From positions 203,670,001 to 203,734,000 of the forward strand of contig NC_042998.1 in the NCBI RefSeq assembly GCF_006345805.1: a stretch of 64,000 bases of DNA, in the 5' to 3' direction. This DNA is from Octopus sinensis (Eukaryota). The stretch's first letter is position 1; every line of letters starts with the position of its first letter. A program made the translations under genes and the position numbers. The notes under the pieces were generated by a model. That model worked only from the letters and a program-made list of their open reading frames with translations, was not told the origin of the DNA and made no database searches. Of this stretch, positions 50,140 to 63,029 are shown one piece after another.

Positions 50140-50507
50140 TATTTCATTATTGCCCACAGGGTGCTAAACATAGAGAGGACAAACAAGGACAGACAAACGG
50201 ATTAAGTCGATTACATCGACCCTAGTGCATAAATGGTACTTAATTTATCGACCCCGAAAGGATGAAAGGCAAAGTCGACCTCGGCGGAATTTGAACTCAG
50301 AACGTAACGGCAGACGAAATCCCTATTTCTTTACTACCCACAAGGGGCTAAACACAGAGAGGACAAACAAGGACAGACATCGACCCCAGTGCGTAACTGG
50401 TACTTATTTAATCGACCTCGGCGGAATTTGAACTCAGAACGAAGCGGCAGATGAAATACCGCTAAGCATTTCGCCCGGCGCGCTAACGATTCTGCCAGCT
50501 CGCTGCC
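50140..50507 (-). mobile_element. SINE family D, two tandem partial copies
   Basis: TCGACCTCGGCGGAATTTGAACTCAGAACG occurs at 50276 and 50413. Confidence 0.82.
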
Positions 50508-50737
50508 CATCTAATATATATTGCTGCCATATGTGATACTAAAATTCCAATGCTAGAAGTTTGTTAAAGAAGAATCAACTCTTACTTCGTAGCAATAATT
50601 AAAGAAGTAGAGAAAGAAAGTACATACATACGCAAACGGGTATTCCAGCACACAGATACACTCACACACTCACAAACACACACACACACACATACACATA
50701 CATATATAGAGGAAGCCAATTATATTACATAGTCATA

Positions 50738-50972
50738 AGGCGGCGAGGAGCTGGCAGAAACGTTAGAACGCCGGGCGAAATGCTTAGCCGTATTTCGTCT
50801 GCCGTTACGTTCTGAGTTCAAATTCCGCCGAGGTCGACTTTGCCCTTCATCTTCTCGGGGTCGATAAATACAGTACCATTTATGCACTGGGGTCGATGTA
50901 GCTGACTTAAACCCTTTGTCTGTCTTTGTTTGTCCTCCTCTATGTTTAGCCCCTTGTGGGCAATAAAGAAAT
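50738..50972 (+). mobile_element. SINE family D, full length
   Basis: GGCGGCGAGGAGCTGGCAGAAACGTTAG ... TTTAGCCCCTTGTGGGCAATAAAGAAATA. Confidence 0.85.
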
Positions 50973-51101
50973 ATATATTACATAGTCACAAATTCGCATG
51001 CACACAAACGTACATATTCGTGTACTCAAACTCACACACACACAAATATTTAGAGACATATACATCTACATGCGTATATACTTTTATAAGATATTTTTCG
51101 A

Positions 51102-51127
<26 letters not shown>

Positions 51128-51136
<9 letters not shown>

Positions 51137-51208
51137 TCATTGCCTGGAGTTGAACTCGGAATCTTGGGGTGAGTAACCCGCGTTCTTAACCACTACGCCA
51201 TATGCCCG
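51128..51208 (-). mobile_element. Short tRNA-derived SINE with a (TAA)n tail
   Basis: Minus strand GGGCATATGGCGTAGTGGTTAAG..GAGTTCAACTCCAGGCAATGACCTGAATAATAAT. Confidence 0.65.
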
Positions 51209-51715
51209 TATATATAGACCATACACCAGTTATAAATAGACTTCTACTTTAAGAGTCTGTTTTCCTAGAAAATCTAAATATGTCCACCTGTTGGAGAATG
51301 CTTAAAACAACCGACTGCTGCCATTTGCGAAGATTGCTTTCAAAGAACCAAACAAATTCTCTTCTTTCTTGGAAATTTTGTTTGGTTATTTCTTTTTATT
51401 TTTAATAATTTTTCCGTGTTTTTTAGTTATGACATCTTGTTGTTGTTGCTGTTGTTGTTGTCGATGATCATTTAAATTCATGAAATGTATTCATTAGAAA
51501 TTTACAAAGATGTATTCTTCGTGAAGCTGCCACTTTTTCTCCTTAATGAAACTGCTGCTGCTGCCACCATTACTACTACTACTACTACTACTACTGATGA
51601 TGATGGTGATGATGGCTATAATCCTTTCTGCTGTAGGCATAAGGCCTGAAATTTTGGGGTAGGGCGTAAGTCAATTACACTGCCAAGCCTGCCCCTCTAC
51701 ACAGCTATGCTTGCG

Positions 51716-51766
<51 letters not shown>

Positions 51767-52240
51767 GCAAATATTATAAACAATACATTCAAAAGAGATA
51801 TCTCAAGAATTCAGTCACTACTACCATCCACAACAAGTCACTTTCAGGGCACTTGACCATTTAGCATCCTACTACTATCATGGCACTCCAGCTTCTTCTT
51901 CTTCTTCTTCTTCTTCTTCTTCTTCTTCTTCTTCTTCTTCTTCTCTTCTTCTTCTTCTTCTTCCTTCTTCTTCTTCTTCTTCTTCTCTCTGTCTTCTTCT
52001 CTTCTTCTTCTTCTTCTGCTTCTTCTTCCTTCTCTTCTTCTTCTTCTTTCTTCTTCTTCTTCTTCTTCTTCTTCTTCTCTGCCAAGGATTCACAACGACC
52101 CCGAACCCACAAGAGTAAACAAGAGAGACAGAGACAGGTAGAAACAAGGAAAATGCCACTTGTATTTGAATACTATGCAAATATTCTTTTAAAATACTTT
52201 TCATTTAATTTCTCCAAAATTCAGTTGTTTTCCATACTTA

Positions 52241-52275
52241 CAGTTGAAAAGTCTCATTGACCGAAACCGGTACTG
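52241..52275 (+). ncRNA. Hammerhead relic with an eroded core
   Basis: CAG-TTGAAAA-GTC-TCATT-GAC-C-GAAA-CCGG-T-A-CTG; palindromic ACCGGT; core changed at positions 3 and 8. Confidence 0.4.
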
Positions 52276-52349
52276 AAATGGTTTTTTTATAAAATTACTT
52301 TAGCATTTTCTACCTTGACTGAACAACTAAAAGAAGATAAAAGAATACG

Positions 52350-52420
<71 letters not shown>

Positions 52421-52734
52421 TGTATTTGTGTATTAAGGCTACCATCGGTTTCATGTTAAGAAAAATATCTTAATGTCTTAAAAATTTTTTCCAGCCGATC
52501 AGATGGAGGAATGGTGTTCGCCTCCATTTTGGATCAAAACACAAAATGTTTTGTATTTTAATCCAAAATAGAGACAAACACCATTAGAACACATCTCTAA
52601 GACTGTCAAGAAGACTGAGGGTGTCCTAACATCACCCAGTAAGAGCTTTGTCAGCTGCTCTCCAGCTATCTGTTTAAAACTGTATATGACATGTGACTCA
52701 GCATATAAATATCCTGGAAACTGTTCAGAAACGT

Positions 52735-53135
52735 ACATCAATACGAATATCCGCCATCATACATCTACCATACTCTGAACGTATCCTTGAGTATGGATAC
52801 ATTGAAGCTCAGACGTCTGGTATCTGACTTGGTAGACACCCACAAGATTATCCACCATCTTTCCAACAACAACCTTGGGCACATTTTTGAATTCCATATG
52901 ACAAACACTCGCGGACATGCTTATAAATTCAAAAACGCACCCATGACTTTCAGAAACAGTTTTTCACGCTCAGAATTGCTGAAGCATGGAATAAACTACC
53001 CTCACCAGTTGTTAGCTTTCCAGACACTACATCCCTCGAATCTTCCATGCTTCCTTAAATCCGCCAACAGTACACCTCATGGCCTTTATTATTATATTTT
53101 AAGTTTCAGTGTACCTGAGCACTGTATAAAACAAT
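52735..53135 (+). mobile_element. CR1-type LINE 3' end
   Basis: DTLKLRRLVSDLVDTHKII..NTRGHAYK (ORF 52787), followed by (ATAC)n. Confidence 0.75.
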
Positions 53136-53236
53136 TTCCTTCATACATAATACATACATGCATACATACATACATACATACATAAATACATACATACATA
53201 CATACATATATATATATATATACATATATGTCGCCA

Positions 53237-53418
53237 TGATAGATCGTTAGCCACTACACACATTTTTTCTCTCCTTGTTTTTTCTGTGTCCCTTTCTGTA
53301 GAAGAGCGTAGGCTCGAAACGTAAAAGACTTTTTCTATTCCTGAGCGTTATACTAATACATCTGTTTGTTGTTATTACACCACCTGTCTTCGTCTTTGTT
53401 TTTTTCGTAAACTCTCCC
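53237..53418 (+). mobile_element. Short pLTR-like element with a hammerhead variant at 53292-53327 (related copies at 63862-64000 and about 3225-3350 minus)
   Basis: CTTT-CTGTAGA-A-GAGC-GTAG-GCTC-GAAA-CG-T-A-AAAG; flanked by (TA)n. Confidence 0.65.
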
Positions 53419-53440
53419 TACATATCTATATATATATATT

Positions 53441-53478
<38 letters not shown>

Positions 53479-53600
53479 TATATATATATATATATATATG
53501 TACATGCATATATATAATATATACATATATTAATAGTTATGGGGTAAGACAACAACGAAAGAAAGAGACCTCAATATTATGTAAATAGAGGAATTTATCT

Positions 53601-53802
53601 GTAATATATGTGACAATTATTCGGTTGCCATAATAAAACTTCGAGTTTCGGATGTCGGAACGGAAACCTGCTCCGGCATCTCTTCAGTTATCGAGGCATA
53701 ATTTGATTGCCTCGGTAACTGAAGAGATGCCGGAGCAGTTTCCGCCCCGACATCCGAAACTCGAAGTTTTATTATGGCAACCGAATAATTGTCACATATT
53801 AC
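53601..53802. mobile_element. 200-bp palindrome whose arms each carry a hammerhead-like motif
   Basis: Arms ATGTGACAATTATTCGGTTGCCATAATAAAACTTCGAGTTTCGGATGTCGG.. and the reverse complement; each reads CTGAAGA-GATG..CATC-C-GAAA-CTCGAAG-T-T-TTATT outward from the centre. Confidence 0.75.
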
Positions 53803-53819
53803 TATATGTATATATATAT

Positions 53820-53826
53820 ATATGTA

Positions 53827-53899
<73 letters not shown>

Positions 53900-53933
53900 A
53901 TCTGTCTATCTATCTATGTGTCTGTCTGTCTGC

Positions 53934-53994
<61 letters not shown>

Positions 53995-53995
53995 G

Positions 53996-54067
<72 letters not shown>

Positions 54068-54101
54068 ATCTGTCTATCTATCTATGTGTCTGTCTGTCTG
54101 C

Positions 54102-54138
<37 letters not shown>

Positions 54139-54147
54139 GATCGATCG

Positions 54148-54221
<74 letters not shown>

Positions 54222-54237
54222 GTGTCTGTCTGTCTGC

Positions 54238-54301
<64 letters not shown>

Positions 54302-54400
54302 GTGTCTGTCTGTCTGCTTATCTATCTATCTATCTATCTATCGATCTATCGATCTATCTATCTATCTATCTATCTATCTACCTATCTATCTATCTATATA
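53820..54400. repeat. (ATCT)n microsatellite with recurring variant blocks
   Basis: ATGTGTCTGTCTGTCTGCTT recurs four times. Confidence 0.95.
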
Positions 54401-54473
54401 CAATAATTGTTCGTATATATGTGGGCATATGGTGCAGATGAAAAGAGAGAGCAACGTAGAAAGATAGAGGAAG

Positions 54474-54518
<45 letters not shown>

Positions 54519-54970
54519 AGAGACAGGGGGTAGTAGGGCAGAGAATATGGTAATGTTTTTCAGTTTCTGCTCTGAATTTTAACATCCGTTGCAATTAGGT
54601 TTCCACTGCCTTCGATGAAAGAAGGGTCTGTTTCCGCCATCTGAAAACACCTGCTCGGGATGGCTTCTATTCATTGAATTATAAAAGCCGCTTCTCTCAA
54701 TGTGTCTGTGTAGGTATATTCATTTCTGCATCTGTTGATGTATGAACGAGTTTACGCATAAAAGAATGTCCATGTGTGCGCGTGTTAAGGGAATATCGAA
54801 GTTGATTCATTCGTATGTTCTCGTATCTCATTGGATTTCATGGATTACACCATCACCGTCATCATCATCATCTTCATCATCATCATCATCATGTCACGTA
54901 TCATCCTCTCTCTCTCAACAGGTTGAAGTCTCAATGTCACCTGTAGTATGTATGTGCGCGTGTGTGTGTG

Positions 54971-55027
<57 letters not shown>

Positions 55028-55811
55028 TATTATACATATATATATATATATTATATATATATATATATATGCTTGGAAAACGGATGCGTCGCTTTCAAAT
55101 TAAATAATAAATATAATTGATATTATATATATATATATATCTATATATATATATATTATATATATATACATATATACATACATACATATATAATATGGGT
55201 ACAGGACGTCACCAACGGTGTAAAGAACATGAAATATATAAACAAGAAAAAATGGAAAACAGGACAAGTAAACACAGAGAAATGACCCTTCATCAGTTGT
55301 CGGCTGTCTATCTACTCCTCATTTCGAGCATTCAACAACGATATGAGTCTCCAAAGACAGTTGTTCCTATAAATCTCTCGTTCTGGCCTAATGACCCTCC
55401 ATGTTTGTTTTCGTTCCGTTTCCTTGTATATCTACACTGTCATTTTTTTTGTTCTTAACTTTGACCTTCCATATATCCTAAACATGAACTGAAATGAATT
55501 GCCTGTTCCAGGAATCGAAACCACAGTCTTACGATTATGAGTGCAACACGGTATCCACTATTCTTGGTCTTCACCAATTCTTCACATTATTCACTCATAT
55601 AAACTTCGCTTTACGCTTTCCACACTCTCCTTGTTTATCTTACCAATCACTCTAATCTATTTTTGCATAATTAAATGTCCGACATATTGGAGTTTTTCTG
55701 ATTAAATTTTCTTAGGATTCACCATTCTAAGTCCTCCATCAAAGCCTTTTCGTTCCCCCTCAGCATCTTCATCCTCATCATCCTCATCATCGTCGTCGCC
55801 ATCATCACCAT

Positions 55812-55930
55812 CGTTTAACGTCTTTCTTCCGTGCTGGCATGGGTTTGACGGTTCGACAGGAGTTGGTTATTCAGTACATTGCGTCGCCCTCGAATGTCTG
55901 CTTTGGCATGGTATCTATAGTTGTGTGCCC
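55812..55930 (-). mobile_element. Probable RTE-type LINE/SINE 3' end with a (GAT)n tail
   Basis: CGTTTAACGTC.TTC..CCGTGCTGGCATGGGTTTGACGGTT next to a (CAT)n tract; family assignment from recall only. Confidence 0.4.
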
Positions 55931-55932
55931 CC

Positions 55933-56001
<69 letters not shown>

Positions 56002-56034
56002 TTATTATTATTTTTATTATTATTATTATTATCA

Positions 56035-56397
56035 TCATTGCTTTTGCACAGCTTCTAACGCTGGACATGTACTACAGTGTCAGCTGTTCACAGTGAACAG
56101 CTTATTTTTCGAGCGTCTTCCGGAGTATTCGAGCGGTTCCAAGCAGTGCTGTTTTCTGCAAGTGCTCCACCCTTATTGCAGCTCCTATTTGTTCGATGTA
56201 CTTCTCAAGATTTTTATACACCGTTCCCAGGGCTCCGACAATTATTGTTACTACTGCTACCTTTTTCATTGACCACAACTGCTTAACCTCCCAAGCTAAC
56301 CTGTCACATCTATCAACTTTTCTTTCTTCCTTATCGCATACCTTGTTGTCAGCTGAACATGCTATATCTATGATCCAGCATAGTTTGCTTTCTTTGT
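56035..56397 (-). mobile_element. R4/Dong-type non-LTR element 3' end (endonuclease fragment) with a (TAA)n tail
   Basis: CWIIDIACSAD..KEERKVDRCDRLAWEVKQLW..VVTIIVGALG..LQKTALLGTARILRK; (TTA)n at 55935-56030. Confidence 0.85.
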
Positions 56398-56631
56398 CGT
56401 TGTTGTTGTTGTTGTTATCATTATTATTATTGCTGTTGTTGTTGTTATTCACTGCTGACCTGTTCGGCAGCGTTTTCAGATCTCTCTTCAGTTCACTGGA
56501 TTTTACGATTTACAAGTGTATGGAATAGCTTTCTAGCTTTTTATTCCCAAACCAGAAACCATTTTGAAAATTTGGATGTCAGCCCATACAGGGTTCCGAC
56601 GAAAAATAAAGTTTGATTTTAATCAAATTAC

Positions 56632-57021
56632 TCTTTTACTCTTTTACTTGTTTCAGTCATTTGACTGCGGCCATGCTGGAGCACCGCCTTTAGTCGAGCA
56701 ATCGACCCCGGGACTTATTCTTTGTAAGCCCAGTACTTATTCTATCGGTTCTTTTGCCGAAACCGCTAAGTGACGGAGACGTAAACACACCAGCATCGTT
56801 GTCAAGCAATGCTAGGGAGAACAAACACAGACACACACACACATACATATATATAAATACATATATACGACAGGCTTCTTTCAGTTTCCGTCTACCAAAT
56901 CCACTCACAAGGCATTGGTCGGCCCGGCCTATAGCAGAAGAAACTTGCCCAAGGTGCCACGCAGTGGGACTGAACCCGGAACCATGTGGTTGGTTAGCAA
57001 GCTACTTTACCACACAGCCAT
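56632..57021 (-). mobile_element. SINE family A, near full length
   Basis: High similarity to 9518-9924. Confidence 0.9.
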
Positions 57022-57249
57022 TTTTGCTCTGCTTTACTTAGATATGGCTAAAAAAATGATTGCTGTGAGATATGACAACAACGCCTACACAAAGGAAAAA
57101 AAGTGAAAATGGTGACTGTCGCAAAAAAGATATATAAATACTGAACAGCACAAAACAATTATTAAATGGTGGTTGGGGGGGGGGACATTTTTCTATCGAA
57201 AAACGGTAGGATTTTGGACGAGTCTAACGACTTCTTTTTTTCTAACAAG

Positions 57250-57579
57250 AAAAATAACATTCGCTTTCACACAAACATATACACGCAAATACACGCAGGT
57301 ACACACACTCGCACACACACACACACTCACATACTCACACACACGCACACACCCCACATACGCATCACACACACACACACACACAGTACACAGAACTCAT
57401 ACACACACTCACACACTCACGTGCACCCCCCACACTCACGTGCACCCCCCACACTCACACACACACACGTACACCTATCCCCCACACAGTACACTGAACG
57501 CACACAATACAGACACACAACCACACACTACATACACAATACACAATACAGGCACACACTCACACACTGCATACACAAT

Positions 57580-57611
<32 letters not shown>

Positions 57612-57912
57612 ACTGCATACACAATACACACACACACACACCACACACTGCATGCACCCCCACCCACAATTGAAGACAAAAATCGGAATTTGAGTTGAAC
57701 ATAAGTTTCGTCCTTTTCACAAATAACTTGGAACAGGGAAGCTTTAGATAAGCAAGGTTGAGATGAAAAAGAAAGGAACAAAATACAATAAGAAGGAGGA
57801 AGAAGGAGGAAGAAGAAGAAGAAGAAGAAGAAGAAGAAGAAGAAGAAGAAGAAGAAGAAGAAGAAGAAGAAGAAGAAGAAGAAGAAGAAGAAGAAGAAGA
57901 AGAAGAAGAAGG
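57250..57912. repeat. Degenerate (CA)n tract and (AAG)n microsatellite
   Basis: (CA)-rich at 57250-57660; (AAG)n at 57790-57910. Confidence 0.9.
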
Positions 57913-58751
57913 CAACGTAACTGTGTATTGGCAAAGTGACGAGAAACTTCCTTTTTGCCTTCCAAAAATAACCATAATCGACTGTTGCTGGTACGCAGAG
58001 AGAAAGAGAAAGAAATCAGCCCCTCCACAGCCCCTCCACAGGGCACAAGGGAGAGTATAATATTATAAGTGTTAATATTAGTTGCTGGTAGGGACACCGT
58101 TCTTTTGTTGGGAAACCATAAAATACAACTAAGTATATTAAAGGTTTATCAATCAATACTGCATCCTATCTTGTGTTAGCAGTGCGTTGTTTTTATTTCT
58201 AAGTTTTATCTGTACAGATTCTCTGTAGAATTTAGAGCAAGCATTGAAAGTTACGACGGTTCGCGTACGAATATGTCTCTGTAAACAGTGCGATCGAAGA
58301 TAGCGTAGTATATTATGGTTGCTAAACGAAATACGGTGTCCCAAACAGCTATTAACTTGTACGTACCAATTGCCAGGAATGTGTTTAATACATAAATTGG
58401 TCTGTTCAATAATATGACATCGTTAATCTTAGGGGTTATTCAAGCAACGCATTCGCGGTGGGCGGTTAATGAATTGGACGTGATACTGAAGAAGGAGCAA
58501 GAACTCCTGAAATATCCATATACACCGTTACCTATTTCTCTATTTTCGATTGCATTGTTTACATAGACGTATTCGTATATGAAACGTCGTAACTTTCAGT
58601 GCTGGCTTTAAACTTTATAGATAAGCTGTTGAGATTAAACAGAAGAATTATAACTGTTCGTAAATGAATTCTACAGTATTTGAGAAGAAAGAACACGTGG
58701 CTCACTAAAATAAATACCTTGATGGGTTCGTTATTCCCTTGTTCGGAGTCA

Positions 58752-59139
58752 TGGAGGCGCAATGGCCCAGTGGTTAGGGCAGCGGACTCGCGGTCATAGG
58801 ATCGCGGTTTCGATTCCCAGACCGGGCGTTGTGAGTGTTTATTGAGCGAAAACACCTAAAAGCTCTACGAGGCTCCGGCAGGGGATGGTGGTGATCCCTG
58901 CTGTACTTTTTCACCACAACTTTCTCTCACTCATACTTCCTGTTTCTGTTGTACCTGTATTACAAGGGGCCGGCCTTGTCACTCTCTGTGTCACGCTGAA
59001 TATCCCCGAGAACTACGTTAAGGGTACACGTGTCTGTGGAGTGCTCAGCCACTTACACGTTAATTTCACGAGCAGGCTGTTCCGTTGATTCGGATCAACC
59101 GGAACCCTCGTCGTCGGAACCGACGGAGTGCTTCCATCC
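58752..59139 (+). mobile_element. SINE family B, full length, 19-bp TSD
   Basis: TSD ATTCCCTTGTTCGGAGTCA at 58733-58751 and 59140-59158. Confidence 0.95.
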
Positions 59140-59841
59140 ATTCCCTTGTTCGGAGTCAACTTTATAAACGAACATGGCAAGAGTTTCAGCACTGACGTTA
59201 ATTTTGACAACGTCTGATCAAGTGGGGTAGAAGGTCTCTCTATTTCTACCACCATCCGAATTCTCTGAATGTTTCTGTTATTGCTACTGCTGTTGTACTT
59301 GTCTATGCTGATGCTGCCGTTACTGCTGTATTGTGGCCATAATTGTGGTCGGACGAGGAAAGCATGGAAATTCTGGTCGTAGTCGAGGTTCCAGTTGGTA
59401 TCTGCATCCACTTTCTTTAATACCATATTTTTTCATAAATTTATGCATGTTTCTACGTTAACAAAATACGCTCAGATGGTCCGAAAGTACCAGGAAACCG
59501 ACCAGTTTCTAAGAAAGCTGGTCGGCTTAACAACAACAACGGTACAAAAGTACAACAACAACTTACCATCATATTTGAACAGTATCTCAAATGGCCAAAT
59601 ACACACACATATCTATATATACATACATAGAAATATACAAGAAAGCATACATACTTATATACATGCATACAAGTATACATATATGTATATACACACATCC
59701 ATATATAGATATATGTATATGTATATAAAGTAATAATAATAATAATCTATGAATGGAATTTTTAAATATTTTAATGTATCGCTACGCGCCAGTGATCGTT
59801 GTTGCAGGTTGGAATCATTAGGTTGTTTCCCGTAAGCGAAG

Positions 59842-59872
<31 letters not shown>

Positions 59873-59876
59873 TATA

Positions 59877-59931
<55 letters not shown>

Positions 59932-60789
59932 TATACACACACATATACGCACAGATTAAATAATACTTTCAGGGTACTTGCGGATTTCCACATGTATATC
60001 TAGTAAAAGTATAAAAGGAGAAATCCTACTGTATGATGACATCTGATAGCCGATACCTCAAGTAGAGCTTTGGGAAGCATGCTGTAAGATTATTACCCAG
60101 ATAATATTATATATTTATATTCTATGTTTAGATGAAGAATATTGCTATTAAACAATTGGTTTTTCTTTTGTTCTATCGTAGGAGGAGAAATAATTTTTAA
60201 TCATGCCCACTGCAATGGTGACGGTTGGCACCACATCATCTATCAGCTGTTGATAATGCTGCTGCTGCTGCCCCTACTGCTTCAGGAAAAAGACGAAGCC
60301 AATTTCAACTGAAATGTAAGCAACAGCGCAAATAATGAGAAAATTGGCAGTAACAACACCAACAGCAAGTATTACAGAAAATGTAAAACGAATGACAAAA
60401 TTACTGTTAACAACAAGAACAACAACAACAATTCTAGCTTCGTCAACAATAGCAATAATGACAGCAATAACAACAACAACAACAACAACAACAAGAGCAG
60501 AAGCAATTCAAATAAAAGGAGAAAATTTGCTGAAAGTTAAATTGGGCTTCACTTACCAGGATGAGTGAGTACGCGTTGGGAAAGATGGAATTATTATGCT
60601 TGTCAAAGAAATTGTTGTTAAAAAGCAACAACTGCATCAACCACAAAACACGGAGATGAAAGAAAACTAGAAAACCCTTAATGATTTGAAAATTAAGGAC
60701 TCTGAGACTGTTTCTGGGGTCTGGATAGAAGGACATCGCATTTGGTACAATACGGTTTCATTTATTTTTTAATATCGAAGACGAAAAAA

Positions 60790-61078
60790 GGGCGGCGAGC
60801 TGGCAGAAACGTTAGCACGCTGGGCGAAATGCTTAGCAGTATTTCGTCTGCCGCTACGTTCTGAGTTCAAATTCCACCGAGGTTGACTTTGCCTTTCAAC
60901 CTTTCGGGGGTCGATTAAATAAGTACCAGTTATGCACTGGGGTCGATATAATCGACTTAATCCGTTTGTCTGTCCTTGTTTGTCCTCTCTGTGTTTAGCC
61001 CCTTGTGGGTTGTAAAGAAATAGGTATTTCATCTGTCTTTACGTTCTGAGTTCAAATTCCGCCGAGGTCGACTTTGCA
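60790..61078 (+). mobile_element. SINE family D with a partial internal re-duplication
   Basis: GGCGGCGAGCTGGCAGAAACG head; TACGTTCTGAGTTCAAATTCC..CGAGGT.GACTTTGC repeated at about 61040. Confidence 0.85.
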
Positions 61079-61179
61079 GTAACGGCACTTTGGGTCAACT
61101 TTGGGTGGGGCATCTTATTGCAAGTCAGCAGCTTTCGGATTCTCCTGTCAATCTTCCTTATTTTACTCATATTTCCACC

Positions 61180-61360
61180 ATCGCTTGGCAACCGATGTTG
61201 GTGTGATTACGTTCTCGTAACTTAATGGTTCTGCAAAGGAGACCGATAGAATGAGTACTAGACTTACAGAGTATAAGTCCTAGGGTCGATTTGTTCGAAT
61301 GAAGGCGGTGTTCCAGCATGGCCACAGTCATATGACTGAAACAAATAAAACACTAAAAGA
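61180..61360 (+). mobile_element. SINE family A, 3' half
   Basis: CATCGCTTGGCAACCGATGTTGGTGTG ... ATGACTGAAACAAATAAAA. Confidence 0.8.
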
Positions 61361-61399
61361 GAACTAGTATATATACTTGATAAAAGAAAACTGGCCCTC

Positions 61400-61702
61400 C
61401 GTCGCTTACGACGACGAGTGTTGCATCTGATCCGATCAACGGAACAGCCTGTTCGTGAAATTAATATGGAAGTGACGGAGCACTCCGCAGACACGCGTTC
61501 CCTTAACGTAGTTTTCAGGGCGATTCACCTTAATACAGAATGTGACAAGGCTATTTGGAATGCAGGTAAAACTCATTTTTGCTAACCGAGTGGACTGGAA
61601 AACTTCAATGTGAATAAAATGTCTTGCTCAAGGACACAACACATCGCCAGTAATCATATTGATGACCATGAGCTGAATACCACAAAGCCACGCGCCTTCA
61701 CT
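61400..61702 (-). mobile_element. Diverged SINE family C
   Basis: GATCCGATCAACGGAACAGCCTG..CCTTAACGTAGTT..GTCTTGCTCAAGGACACAAC. Confidence 0.65.
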
Positions 61703-62271
61703 GAGGAGGCTTGCTGCAAATGGCTGTAAAGACTGTAATTATTTCGTTTCGCCTTCCACCATTTCTCCTGTATCTCTCCGGTTATACGCCTATCTTTAGA
61801 TGTTTAAATATTCCTGTCTTCACACAATCTCAAAAAGCCTTTAGTTAACTCAGAGGCCAAGTTTTTTTTTTTGACTATTTTCTATATTTACATCCATACC
61901 ACTTTTTTACAGCCACAATTAGTAATTCTACCAAACATCGCTCTTAACACACCAGATCTATGTTGCCAATGCCAAGTTTACCCCAAAATAGCTCCACAAA
62001 TTGATTAACGGAAACAATTTTACTTTTGTTTTCAGTTTCAGGATTCTAACTGTAGACAAACCAAACAAATATCTTTCTCATCACATTTCGGCGATAAAAA
62101 TGTATATTTTTGTAAAAAGAAACGCGTAATATTTTGTGAAACACCGGAAGAAAATCATTTTCTCTGATAACATTTCTTTGGTTGGTTGCGAAAGATTAAG
62201 ACTTCGGCGTTGGAGATACATTGTCGAGTTCAGGGCGGTGATTGTTTTGGAATTCACTTTCATTTTATCTA

Positions 62272-62600
62272 TTATTTGTTTCAGGCACTAGGCTGAGGCC
62301 ATGCTGGGGCACTACCTTGAGAAATTTTTAGTCGAACAAATTGACCCCAGTACCTATTTTTTTAAAAGCTTGGTACTTATTCTATCGGACAGTTTTGTTG
62401 AACCGCCAAGTTGTGGGACGTAAATAGACCAACACCTGTTGCCAAGCGGTGGTGGAGGACAAACACATACACACACACATACAACATGCTTCTTTCAGTT
62501 TCCGCCTCCCATATCCACTCACAAGGCTTTGGTCGACCCGAAAATACAGCAGAAGACATTTGCCCAATGTGCCTCGTAGTGGGACTGAACTCGGAATCAT
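62272..62600 (-). mobile_element. SINE family A, diverged
   Basis: GGCCATGCTGG..GGTACTTATTCTATCGG..CTTTCAGTTTCCG..CCACTCACAAGGCTTTGGTCG. Confidence 0.78.
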
Positions 62601-63029
62601 ATGGTTTTTACTTGCTTTTTTCTTTTCAATAACTTTTGTCTGTAAAATAAGGAAGACCAGTCATTGTTATGGTCGGAAGCTCGTAAAATATCTGACCCAA
62701 ACAAAAGAGCGGAAATAAAACATCATTTCCTCGTGACATATCAAAGAAACCCTTCGTCTTTATAGTTAGCAATGAATTCTGTTATTGTGATCTCGTTAGA
62801 ATATTGGAACAGACGAAATCTTCATCGTTTCACTGCAGAAGAAAAACTAAAATCAACGACCAAATTTTAAATAGCAAGATTCTTGCTAATAATACTATAT
62901 TCTAGGTTCAGCTTATTTCACAATTTTGTTGTGCATAAAATAATGAAAAATCACCAATAAATTGACGACGTTAGCAGATAAATCTTCCTCAATAAGTTAC
63001 GCAATTTCAATTATTATAAGCCGCATGTT

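Noticed and set aside
52490-52741. 80-aa minus-strand ORF as a possible transposase or exon
   Set aside because: No recognisable motif in any frame; cannot be supported without a search.
55275-55300. CTGATGA-A-GGGTCA on the minus strand in a pLTR-like element
   Set aside because: The downstream half (stem II 3' strand and GAAA) is missing.
56455-56495. CTGAAGA-GAGATCT-GAAA on the minus strand
   Set aside because: No valid stem II loop, stem III or stem I.
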